DNA of 64,000 bases from Pyrinomonadaceae bacterium (GTDB lineage: Bacteria > Acidobacteriota > Blastocatellia > Pyrinomonadales > Pyrinomonadaceae): the NCBI GenBank assembly GCA_017983495.1, contig JAGOBH010000007.1, positions 59,278 through 123,277 on the forward strand. Reading direction: 5' to 3'. A program made the translations under genes and the position numbers. Of the stretch, positions 28,449 through 37,187 are shown one piece after another; position 1 is the first letter of the stretch; the number at the start of each line of letters is the position of its first letter. The notes under the pieces were generated by a model. The model was not told the origin of the DNA, did no database searches, and worked only from the letters and a program-made list of their open reading frames with translations.

Positions 28449-29603
28449 ATGTCATCTGTGCTGATCGAAAATGTAAGGCTGCCCGGCGATGGCGCATCGT
28501 TCCATTCCGTTTTGATCGAAGGCGGTCGCATCGAGGACATCGCTCACGCCGGACGATCTATCAAGGCTCACCGGACGATCGACGCCAATGGCGATATGAT
28601 CTTTCCGGGCTTTATCGATATCCATATCCACGGAGCGGTAGGGGTCGACGTCAACGAAGCCGACGCCGAAGGGCTGCTGAAGATCGCGTTTTTTCTCGCG
28701 GCCAACGGCGTAACTTCGTGGGTGCCGACGTTGGTGCCGGATGCGGATAATAACTACAGACGCGTTATCAGCGAGATCGAGAGCCTGATGCGGCTGCAAG
28801 CGGGTGTGCCCGTTGCTCAGGCGGTCGGAGTGCATTACGAGGGCGTCTTTGCGAACGAAAAAATGTGCGGAGCCCTTCGTCCGGAGTTTTTTAAGAGCGG
28901 TAGTCAGTGGTCAGTGGACGGTGGCCGGTTGCCAAAATTAAAGAGCGGCGTGCATATAACGACGCTTGCACCTGAGATCGACGGCGGGGTCGAGATCGTG
29001 AGGGAACTAGTCGAGCAGGGCTGGGTCGTGTCGATCGGCCACACGCGGGCTGACATCGACACGCTCGACGCGGCGTTCGCGGCTGGGGCTTGCCACATGA
29101 CGCATTTCTTTAATGCGATGACGGGTGTCCATCATCGTGAAGTCGGTGTCGCCGGCTGGGGGCTCGGCAATGAGGGTGTATCGTTCGACATCATCGCCGA
29201 CGGGATACATGTGCATCCCAGTATGCTCACCCTTGCATGCCGAACCAAATTGCCCTCGAAGGTCGCGTTGATCAGCGATTCGGTCGCTCCGACCGGGCAG
29301 GGCGATGGTGCATACGAATTATGGGGCGAGACAATAACGGTCGAGAAGGGGCGAACTCAAAATGAACGCGGCAGCATCGCCGGTTCGGTGATCACAATGG
29401 CGGACGCCGTCAAGCGTATGCTCGGCCTTGGTTTTACGCAATCGGAAGTCGCGGCAATGGCTTCCACGAATCCGGCCAGGATCGTTGGTATTGAACATCT
29501 GACCGGCTCCGTCACGGTCGGGATGGAGGCAGACCTGGTGATCGTGAGCGCCGATGGCGATGTCCGGCAAACGATCATAAAAGGCCATATAGTCGAAAAA
29601 TAA
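28449..29603 (+). CDS. nagA: N-acetylglucosamine-6-phosphate deacetylase
   Basis: MSSVLIENVRL... (ATG 28449). Metal-binding IDIHIHGAVG, HYEGVF, TTLAPE, GHTRA, HFFNAM and DGIH motifs of the NagA amidohydrolase family. Confidence 0.9.
   Translation: MSSVLIENVRLPGDGASFHSVLIEGGRIEDIAHAGRSIKAHRTIDANGDMIFPGFIDIHIHGAVGVDVNEADAEGLLKIAFFLAANGVTSWVPTLVPDADNNYRRVISEIESLMRLQAGVPVAQAVGVHYEGVFANEKMCGALRPEFFKSGSQWSVDGGRLPKLKSGVHITTLAPEIDGGVEIVRELVEQGWVVSIGHTRADIDTLDAAFAAGACHMTHFFNAMTGVHHREVGVAGWGLGNEGVSFDIIADGIHVHPSMLTLACRTKLPSKVALISDSVAPTGQGDGAYELWGETITVEKGRTQNERGSIAGSVITMADAVKRMLGLGFTQSEVAAMASTNPARIVGIEHLTGSVTVGMEADLVIVSADGDVRQTIIKGHIVEK
28891..28948. repeat. REP-derived 37-nt segment flanked by a 10/11-bp direct repeat inside nagA
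   Basis: TTAAGAGCGG [tagtcagtggtcagtggacggtggccggttgccaaaa] TTAAAGAGCGG. The core matches the reverse complement of the groES-groEL spacer repeat. Core plus one repeat is 48 nt, or 16 codons (KSG-SQWSVDGGRLPKL-KSG). Confidence 0.5.
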
Positions 29604-29657
29604 AGCGGCCCTGCCGATTTAACAGCAAGGCCGCTCGCTCCCCCTTGATAGTTCGAG

Positions 29658-30164
29658 TTATTCGAACATCTGTCCGCCATGCCTTCCGCCAAAGCCTTTG
29701 CCGTTTTTCATACGGTCCTGGTGCTTGGTGCGAAACTCCGCGGCCTTTGCCTTTTGCTCGTCTGTAAGAAGTGCAAAGATCTGTGCCTTGTGCTTCTCTT
29801 TTTCGACGATCAGCTTGCTCATAATGCCTGACTGTTCTGCTGCGAGAGCCTCGACAGCTGCCTGGTCAAACTTGCCGTCGGTTCCCTGGCCGGCGAGCTT
29901 TGCACGATTGTCACGCATCTGCTGCATCAACGGCTCGATGTTTGTACGGCCGGCTTCCATGATCTCTTTGACCTTGGCTTTCTGTTCGTCCGTAAGGTCG
30001 AGGCCCTTAAGCATCATACCCGCCATCGGGCCGCGTCCGCCATGGCCGAAACCACCCGGGCCGCCCATTCCTTTATTTGTATTTGTTCCTCTCTGTGCAA
30101 CGACAAAGATCGCTCCCGCCGCCAAAACCGTTAACGCGATAATTCCTATGATCACTTTCTTCAT
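29658..30164 (-). CDS. periplasmic Spy/CpxP-family chaperone
   Basis: Signal peptide and two LTxxQ-type motifs (LDLTDEQKAKV, LLTDEQKAKA). Divergent from a CpxRA-like two-component system. Confidence 0.8.
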   Translation of the reverse strand: MKKVIIGIIALTVLAAGAIFVVAQRGTNTNKGMGGPGGFGHGGRGPMAGMMLKGLDLTDEQKAKVKEIMEAGRTNIEPLMQQMRDNRAKLAGQGTDGKFDQAAVEALAAEQSGIMSKLIVEKEKHKAQIFALLTDEQKAKAAEFRTKHQDRMKNGKGFGGRHGGQMFE

Positions 30165-30271
30165 GATGTTCTCCCAATTTATGATTCCAAACTTTGCCGG
30201 CGGGAAATACCGCCTTCAATATGTATGACGAATTAGAATAGGCCGCGAATGTATGGGAATTGTTAGGTTGT

Positions 30272-30286
30272 GTAAAGTTTTGTAAA
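30272..30286 (+). promoter_or_regulatory. GTAAA-N5-GTAAA direct repeat (CpxR-type response-regulator box)
   Basis: GTAAAgttttGTAAA fits the E. coli CpxR consensus GTAAA-N5-GTAAA exactly. It sits in the divergent spy / response-regulator intergenic region, about 30 nt upstream of a TAGAAT -10 (30315-30320). Confidence 0.45.
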
Positions 30287-30330
30287 ACTGCCCCCTTTCC
30301 CCGACGAATTGGCGTAGAATGCAGACTGGG

Positions 30331-31023
30331 ATGAATAAGATACTGATCATCGATGATGACGAAGAGTTGTGCGAGCTGGTCTCGGAATACCTGACCGTAG
30401 AAGGGTTTGAGGTTTCGTCCGTCAATGACGGCAAGAGCGGGCTCGAGGCGGCACTTTCAGGCGCGTATGATATGGCGATCCTGGACGTGATGCTGCCGAA
30501 GATGAACGGCTTTGACGTTCTGCGCAATCTGCGGCTCGAATCGACTCTGCCGGTCATAATGCTAACCGCGCGGGGCGACGACATGGAACGCATCGTCGGG
30601 CTCGAGATCGGGGCGGACGATTATTTACCGAAACCGTTCAATCCAAGGGAACTCGCTGCTCGGCTGCGTGCTATCCTGCGGAGATCTGCGGACGACGAAG
30701 CCGACCCGGAAGCAGTGGTCGAGCGAATTAATATCGACGGCGTTGAGATATCGCCTTCGTCCAGGACGGCAACGCTCGACGGCAAGGACATTAATCTGAC
30801 GTCGGTCGAATTCGAACTGCTGCTCGATCTGCTTCGCGAAGCCGGTTCGATCGTTCGAAAGGAAGATCTCAGCGAGCGTGTGCTCGAACGAAAGCTGTCG
30901 CCGTTCGACCGCAGTCTCGATATGCACATCAGCAATCTGCGCAAAAAACTTGGTGCCCGTGCCGACGGCAGTGACCGGATCAAGACAATACGCTCGGTCG
31001 GCTATATTTACACGGTAGTATGA
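30331..31023 (+). CDS. OmpR-family response regulator (CpxR-like)
   Basis: MNKILIIDDDEELC..., a receiver domain, and a winged-helix C-terminus ...IKTIRSVGYIY. ATG 30331 preferred over 30319. Confidence 0.92.
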   Translation: MNKILIIDDDEELCELVSEYLTVEGFEVSSVNDGKSGLEAALSGAYDMAILDVMLPKMNGFDVLRNLRLESTLPVIMLTARGDDMERIVGLEIGADDYLPKPFNPRELAARLRAILRRSADDEADPEAVVERINIDGVEISPSSRTATLDGKDINLTSVEFELLLDLLREAGSIVRKEDLSERVLERKLSPFDRSLDMHISNLRKKLGARADGSDRIKTIRSVGYIYTVV

Positions 31024-32393
31024 AACTGTTTCTAAAGATCTTTCTGTGGTTCCTGACCGCCATCGCCCTGATGTTCGGCGTTATTATCTTTGTTACGCGA
31101 ACGTTTCAGACCGAGCCGATGATGGGCCGTGTCCAGCGATCGACCCGCAATCAAATGGTCATTTACGCCGGAACGGCGACTCAGATCGTTAATGGCCAGG
31201 GCGAGGCCGGTTTGAAGGCGTTTCTTTCACGCCTCCGCGATCTCGAACCGCCGCGTGAAGTCGACCTTGTCGCCGAAGACGGCAGCGTCTGGTACGGCGA
31301 TTCGACCGACATCACCGATTCGCTCGAACTGATCAATCACACAAGACAAAGCGGCGCGGCCGAGACCGATTTTTCGGCTGAGGATCGTTCGCTCGGGGCC
31401 GCACCGGTGACCTTTCCGGACGGACGCCGCTTTATTCTTGTGCTCCAATGGGAACGCACCGCACCACCGTCATTATTTTTCGGCTCGTGGCTCGGGCTGC
31501 TCCGCTTGGGCGGCCTGCTTCTGACGGCGTTCGTCGTTTGCTCCATACTTGCACTGTATCTGACATCGCCGATCCGAAAGATCCGGCAAGCAACGCGAAG
31601 TCTTGCCGACGGCGATCTGCAAACGCGTGTCGCGACACGGGTCGGTCGTCGGCGTGACGAACTGGCTGATCTCGCACGCGATTTTGACGTTATGGCCGAG
31701 CGCATCGAATCGCTTGTCACGTCGCAGCAGCGTCTGACGCGTGATGTTTCGCACGAGCTCCGTTCGCCGCTGGCGCGCATGAATGTCGCTCTTGAGATCG
31801 CCAAGCAAAAGGCTACGCCTGATTCCGGCCCTCTGCTCGAACGTATTGAAAAGGAGTCTAGCCGTCTTAACGACATGATCTCTCGTATCCTGATCCTGGC
31901 CAAGCTCGAGAGCGGTGCTGACGACCTGGAGCACGAATGGATCGATCTTGGCGAGCTGGTCGAAGACGTAGCGTCCGACGCTGACTTTGAAGCTCGTGCG
32001 AAAGGGAAGTCGGTCGTCGTTTCAAAGGTCGAGCCGTGCAAGGTGCTCGGCAGTGAAAATCTGCTTCGCAGTGCGGTCGAAAACGTACTCCGCAACGCTG
32101 TACGGTATACGGAAGACGGTTCGGCGGTCGACGTTTCGTTAAGTGCAACTAACGGACACGTCTCTATCAAGGTCGTAGACCATGGCGGCGGCGTACCCGA
32201 GACGGAACTCGCAAATCTCTTCCGTCCGTTCTACCGCGTTGGCGAAGACCGAACGCGTAAAACAGGCGGTATAGGGCTCGGGCTGGCGATCGCCGACCGT
32301 GCCATACAGGCGCACAAAGGCAAGATCGCCGCAAGCAATACCGGCGACGGACTTGCGGTCGAGATCACACTCAACCGCAAGTCGGCCGCCTGA
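31020..32393 (+). CDS. sensor histidine kinase (CpxA-like: 2 TM, HAMP, HisKA, HATPase)
   Basis: H-box VSHELRSPL and G-boxes DHGGGV and GGIGLGLAI. Start overlaps the regulator stop (ATGA). Confidence 0.9.
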   Translation: MKLFLKIFLWFLTAIALMFGVIIFVTRTFQTEPMMGRVQRSTRNQMVIYAGTATQIVNGQGEAGLKAFLSRLRDLEPPREVDLVAEDGSVWYGDSTDITDSLELINHTRQSGAAETDFSAEDRSLGAAPVTFPDGRRFILVLQWERTAPPSLFFGSWLGLLRLGGLLLTAFVVCSILALYLTSPIRKIRQATRSLADGDLQTRVATRVGRRRDELADLARDFDVMAERIESLVTSQQRLTRDVSHELRSPLARMNVALEIAKQKATPDSGPLLERIEKESSRLNDMISRILILAKLESGADDLEHEWIDLGELVEDVASDADFEARAKGKSVVVSKVEPCKVLGSENLLRSAVENVLRNAVRYTEDGSAVDVSLSATNGHVSIKVVDHGGGVPETELANLFRPFYRVGEDRTRKTGGIGLGLAIADRAIQAHKGKIAASNTGDGLAVEITLNRKSAA

Positions 32394-32399
32394 AATAGG

Positions 32400-32762
32400 C
32401 TACATATTCTTGCGGGCAGCAGCGAACGAGCGGATCGAGAGGATCACAAAGATCAGACAGATCACCGCCATCGCAACCTGCGAGATCACCGCAGGAGACA
32501 TCGTCAGTTCGCTGAATTTCGAGACCAATCGTCCGGTCGTGAAGATAAACCCGAGGAGAGCTAGTGCCACGGCACCGTGCATGAGATGCTTGCGCAAGCC
32601 CTCATTTGCCTTGGCAATCGCACCGAGCAGGGCGATGACGATGCCGAAAAACGCTGGTATCAGAGCCGTGACGCTCGCCTTTTCGTTCATCATCCCATTC
32701 ACGTAACCGGCAACGCCGACGACGATCAACAAAACTCCAACAATAATTGCATTAACTGGCAT
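32400..32762 (-). CDS. small integral membrane protein (4 TM), unassigned
   Basis: 120 aa with four clear hydrophobic helices. Converges on the kinase gene with a 6-nt gap. Confidence 0.6.
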   Translation of the reverse strand: MPVNAIIVGVLLIVVGVAGYVNGMMNEKASVTALIPAFFGIVIALLGAIAKANEGLRKHLMHGAVALALLGFIFTTGRLVSKFSELTMSPAVISQVAMAVICLIFVILSIRSFAAARKNM

Positions 32763-32783
32763 AATTTCTCTTATATATCCTTA

Positions 32784-34736
32784 CTAACGTTTCTGTATCG
32801 GCAGTATAATAGCCGACTGGTATCTGCCGCCGGTGTAGACACGCTGGGTCGCCTTTTGAAAATCAGCCGCGGTGCCCTGTTTGTAATTGGGCATGAATTT
32901 TTGCGGGCTGCGAGCGACCAGCGGGAACCACGTGCTCTGGATCTGGACCATTATTCGATGTCCTTTCTTAAAGGTATGGACAACGCCCGGCATCGTGAAA
33001 CTCAGCTTTGTCGGCTGGTTCGGCTTTAGAGCCTCGGGCTTTTCAAAGCTATTGCGAAATCGTGCGGGCATCGGTTCGCCGCGGAGCAGCATTTGATAGC
33101 CGCCTGGCTGGAATACCGACCATGCCGAGCTCTGCGGCGGTTTCTGCCCCGCAGGGAAGTTGTACTCGTTCGGAAAAACGTCGATCAGCTTGACGACAAA
33201 ATCCGAGTCGGTGCCCGTTGACGATATAAAGAGCGACGGTTTGATGTCGCCGGCGACCGTTACGTCTTCGGTTAGCGGTTCGGTCTGAAAGACGAGCACG
33301 TCGGGCCGTGTGGACGCGAAACGCTGGTCTTCGGTCATAAAGTCTCGCGGATAGTTGAGCGTGATCTTCTGCGTGTATGGAACCGGATTCCACGGGTCCG
33401 AGACATACTCGGCAAATCCGCCGGTGCTCGCCGGCAGCTCAAAACGAGCGGTTCCGGGTGCGGTCAAATAGAGTGCTGTGTCAGTGCTGTTGGTCGGTTC
33501 GTAATTCTCGAAGGAACGCCACTCGTTGGCTCCGGTATCAAACAGATTGACCTCTTTGAGCTTGGAAATATCGCCCTTATCTTTCAGGAAATGGTTGAAG
33601 AACGGAACCTCTAGATTCTCGCGGTAATATTCGCCGGTCTTGCTGCCAAAATACGCGGTGCCGAGCCAGTCGCCGTCATTGCGTGACCAGCCGCCGTGAT
33701 CCCACGGACCGACGACGAGGATATTGAAGATACCCGGATTCTGCTTTTCAATATGCTGATATGTGCGAAGGGCACCGTAAAGATCTTCGTTGTCGTACCA
33801 CCCGCCGACGGTCATGGTCGCGCAGGTGATGTTCTTGAGTTTGGGCAGGATGTTGCGGTCTTTCCAAAACTGGTCATAGTTTGGATGAGCCATCATCTCG
33901 TCCCAAAACTTGATGCGGACGCCGAGATTCTTTTCGTATAGATCGGAGATCTCCTTGAGGCCGCCGGCGTTCAGAAAATAGTCGTAAGCGTCGACCGGAC
34001 GCGGGCCTGTCCACTGTTTGAGGTACTTAAAATCGTTATTCGGCGTTGGTCGATACTGGCCAAAGCTCGTAAAGAACGAGAAGTTTTGCGTCAGGAAAAG
34101 GGCACCATTATGGTGCGAGTCGTCGCCGTTGAACCAATCGCTGACCGGTGCCTGCGGCGAACACGCCTTTAGTGCCGGGTGCGAATCGATCGAGCCGGCC
34201 GAGGCGTAAAATCCGGGATACGAGATGCCGTAGATGCCGACCTTTCCGTTATTATTGTCGATGTTCTTGATCATCCACTCGATCGAATCGTAAGTGTCGG
34301 TCGATTCGTCGATCTTGGTCTTGTCGGTGTTAGCAATGTCGGGCCGAACATCTTCGAATTCGCCCTCGCTCATCGTCTTGCCGCGAACGTCCTGATAGAC
34401 AAATATGTAACCCTCTTTAGCAAACAGAGCATCAGGGCCGATCGAGCCTTTGAACTTGTCTTCGCCGTACGGGCCGACCGTGTACGGCGTGCGGTTAAGC
34501 AGGATCGGGTACTTTTGCGATTTGTCCTTCGGCTCATAGATCGCCGTAAAGAGCTTGATGCCGTCGCGAACCGGGATCATGACCTCACGCTTGGTGTAAT
34601 TTGCCTTGATGTATGCGGCAAGTTCATTTTGCTGAGATGGAGCCTGCCCATAGGCGGCAACGCTGAAACTGATACTAAAAAGTGCGATAAAAACGAAGAG
34701 AAAAACCGATCTGATACGCATACTGTCTCCTGTCAA
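32784..34736 (-). CDS. CocE/NonD-family serine hydrolase (X-Pro dipeptidyl-peptidase S15 type), secreted
   Basis: Signal peptide, nucleophile elbow GISYPG, and a C-terminal beta-sandwich domain. Start may be MRIRS at 34718. Confidence 0.85.
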   Translation of the reverse strand: MTGDSMRIRSVFLFVFIALFSISFSVAAYGQAPSQQNELAAYIKANYTKREVMIPVRDGIKLFTAIYEPKDKSQKYPILLNRTPYTVGPYGEDKFKGSIGPDALFAKEGYIFVYQDVRGKTMSEGEFEDVRPDIANTDKTKIDESTDTYDSIEWMIKNIDNNNGKVGIYGISYPGFYASAGSIDSHPALKACSPQAPVSDWFNGDDSHHNGALFLTQNFSFFTSFGQYRPTPNNDFKYLKQWTGPRPVDAYDYFLNAGGLKEISDLYEKNLGVRIKFWDEMMAHPNYDQFWKDRNILPKLKNITCATMTVGGWYDNEDLYGALRTYQHIEKQNPGIFNILVVGPWDHGGWSRNDGDWLGTAYFGSKTGEYYRENLEVPFFNHFLKDKGDISKLKEVNLFDTGANEWRSFENYEPTNSTDTALYLTAPGTARFELPASTGGFAEYVSDPWNPVPYTQKITLNYPRDFMTEDQRFASTRPDVLVFQTEPLTEDVTVAGDIKPSLFISSTGTDSDFVVKLIDVFPNEYNFPAGQKPPQSSAWSVFQPGGYQMLLRGEPMPARFRNSFEKPEALKPNQPTKLSFTMPGVVHTFKKGHRIMVQIQSTWFPLVARSPQKFMPNYKQGTAADFQKATQRVYTGGRYQSAIILPIQKR

Positions 34737-34860
34737 AACCGCCCGATTCGGCGGCGAGCTGGTGAATGAAATGTACGCCGAAAACTTACCCCTAATTTTC
34801 GCTTAAATTGGGCGAAAACAAAAGCGACAAAGCCGGCACGTCGCGTTTCAACACTCAGTG

Positions 34861-34897
34861 CAAAAGAAAAGGCGAAGCCGGTTACAGCTTCGCCTTT
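34861..34897 (-). terminator. rho-independent terminator of the prolyl oligopeptidase gene
   Basis: Minus strand AAAGGCGAAGC-tgtaaccg-GCTTCGCCTTT followed by TCTTTTG. Confidence 0.65.
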
Positions 34898-34921
34898 GGA
34901 CAAACACGATCCCGGCGATCG

Positions 34922-37045
34922 CTACTTTACCTTCATATCCAGATTCTTGACGAGAAAGCCGTAGATGTCGGCAAGCTCCTGGATCTGTTTCGATGTCGGC
35001 TTGCCGGCACCGTGGCCGGCTTTGGTCTCGATGCGGATCAGGACCGGAGCCTTGCCTTTCTGGGCATGCTGCATGGCTGCTGTGTACTTAAAGCTGTGAG
35101 CAGGGAATACACGGTCGTCATGGTCTGCCGTGGTAACGAGGGTCGCCGGGTATTTGGTGCCCGGTTTTGCCTGATGATACGGCGAATAAGCGTACATCGC
35201 TTTGAAATCGGTTGCGTCATCCGGCGAACCATAATCGCTCGTCCATGCCCAGCCGATCGTAAACTTCGGAAAGCGGAGCATGTCCATTACACCGACGGCG
35301 GGCAATGCCGCGGCAAAGAGGTCGGGACGCTGATTGAGCACCGCACCGACGAGCAGGCCGCCGTTCGAACCGCCCTGGATGGCGAGCTTTTTGTTCGATG
35401 TGTACTTGCTGTTGATGAGGTATTCGCCGGCGGCGATGAAATCGTCAAAGACGTTCTGCTTTTTGAGACGCGAACCGCCTTCCCACCAGGTCTTGCCGTA
35501 CTCGCTGCCGCCGCGGATACAGGCGACCGCGTAAACGCCGCCCATCTCCATCCAGGCAACCCGCGAGACCGAAAATCCGGGCGTCTGAGCGATGTTGAAA
35601 CCGCCGTAACCATAGAGGATCGTCGGGTTCTTACCGTTCAGCTTGATGCCCTTTTTGTGAACGATGAACATCGGGACCTTGGTGCCGTCCTTGGACGAGT
35701 AGAACACCTGCTTGACCTCGTACTGCGACCCATCGAACTTGACCTTGGCTTCGCGAAACTTGGTGCTCAGGCCGGTCTTCATGTCGTAGCGATAGATGGT
35801 CGGCGGGGCGTTGTAGCTCGAATAGCTGTAAAACGTCTCGGTATCGGTGCGTTTGCCGCCAAATCCGCCGGCGGAACCGATGCCCGGAAGTTCGACATCG
35901 CGGACAAAACGGCCGTCCGTTTCGTAGATCTTGATCTTGGTGTAGGCGTCCTTCATATAGTTGAGGACGAACTGGTTATTAATGAACTGCACGCCGTTGA
36001 GCGTGTCGGCCGTTTCCGGAATGACGTCACGCCAGATCATCGAACGGTCGAGAACGTTGCGGGCGACGACCTTGCCGCGTGACGCGTCCTTGTCCGTGCG
36101 GAAATAAAAGACCGGGCCGTCATTGCCGATGAACGAATAGCTGTTCTTTAGATCGCTAACGAGCGGTATGATCGGGGCGTTTTCCGCGGTCAGGCTCTTA
36201 AAATAGACCATGTTCATTCGCTCGGTGCCCTTGCCGACCGAGATGACCAGCCAATTGCCGTCCTCGCTGACGTTGCCGCCGACAAAATACTCTTTGTTGT
36301 CCGGGCGTTCGTAAACGACCTTGTCCTGCGCCTGCGGCGTACCGAGCTTATGAAAATAGAGCTTCTGAAAGTAGTTCTGGCTCTTGAGCTCGGCACCGGC
36401 TTCGGCGTCGGGGAAACGGCTGTAGAAAAATCCGCTGTTGTCATTGAGCCACGAGATGCCGCCCTGACGGTTTGGCGAAAGCGTGTCGGGCAACAGACGG
36501 CCCGAGGCGACGTCCATGATCTTCCATTCCGTTCGGTCCGAACCGGCGATCGAGACGCCGTATGCCCACAGTTTGCCGTCGTCGGTAAAGGACGAACCGT
36601 TAAGTGCGGCGGTGCCGTCGGCCTTGATCTTGTTCGGGTCGAAGAAAACTTCGCCCTGATCGTTGATCGAACGTGCCTTGTACCAGACGCTCTGATTTTG
36701 CAGGCCGTCGTTCTTGGAGTAAATGTAAAAGCCCTCGGCGATCTTTGACGGAGCCGAGTAACGCTCGTAGTTCCAGATCTCGGTCAGGCGGTTCTTGATC
36801 TTTTCACGCTCTGGGATGGTCGCCAGATACGAATCGGTGAGCTTGTTTTCAGCTTCGATCCAGGCGGTCGTTTCGGCCGACTCGGTCTGTTCCATCCATC
36901 GGTACGGATCGGCGACCTTGGTGCCGTGATATTCGTCAACCTGATCGCCGCGCCGCGGTTTCGGATATTCGAACGTGCCCTGAGCCGGAACGCTCGCCGC
37001 CACAAAGGCGAAAACGAGCAAAAATGCAGATATTCTCTTATACAT
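34922..37045 (-). CDS. prolyl oligopeptidase (S9A), secreted
   Basis: 707 aa. Signal peptide, beta-propeller N-terminal half, catalytic GGSNGGLL, and C-terminal ...HGAGKP. Confidence 0.92.
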   Translation of the reverse strand: MYKRISAFLLVFAFVAASVPAQGTFEYPKPRRGDQVDEYHGTKVADPYRWMEQTESAETTAWIEAENKLTDSYLATIPEREKIKNRLTEIWNYERYSAPSKIAEGFYIYSKNDGLQNQSVWYKARSINDQGEVFFDPNKIKADGTAALNGSSFTDDGKLWAYGVSIAGSDRTEWKIMDVASGRLLPDTLSPNRQGGISWLNDNSGFFYSRFPDAEAGAELKSQNYFQKLYFHKLGTPQAQDKVVYERPDNKEYFVGGNVSEDGNWLVISVGKGTERMNMVYFKSLTAENAPIIPLVSDLKNSYSFIGNDGPVFYFRTDKDASRGKVVARNVLDRSMIWRDVIPETADTLNGVQFINNQFVLNYMKDAYTKIKIYETDGRFVRDVELPGIGSAGGFGGKRTDTETFYSYSSYNAPPTIYRYDMKTGLSTKFREAKVKFDGSQYEVKQVFYSSKDGTKVPMFIVHKKGIKLNGKNPTILYGYGGFNIAQTPGFSVSRVAWMEMGGVYAVACIRGGSEYGKTWWEGGSRLKKQNVFDDFIAAGEYLINSKYTSNKKLAIQGGSNGGLLVGAVLNQRPDLFAAALPAVGVMDMLRFPKFTIGWAWTSDYGSPDDATDFKAMYAYSPYHQAKPGTKYPATLVTTADHDDRVFPAHSFKYTAAMQHAQKGKAPVLIRIETKAGHGAGKPTSKQIQELADIYGFLVKNLDMKVK

Positions 37046-37187
37046 ATGGCGAACTAAACTCCTGATAGAAAAGATTTGCGTTAATTATACGGCGCAAGGT
37101 CATGATTTCAAAAATGGTGTATCAACTAGGTCGCGTCCTTTATCCGCGGCCTTTGCCTTCACGTTAGCGAACTCGGCGTTATAGATC

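Noticed and set aside
34808-36082. 424-aa plus-strand ORF antisense to the prolyl oligopeptidase gene
   Set aside because: It is a shadow ORF of a confidently identified S9A peptidase, with an Arg/Gly/Val-rich junk translation. The same reasoning applies to 39968-41440(+) opposite the GGDEF-EAL gene. It also applies to 24969-26048(-) and 26289-27257(-) opposite the TonB receptor, 22631-23587(-), 20695-21609(-), 59083-60042(+), 61473-62393(+), 31337-32170(-) and 48163-48861(-).
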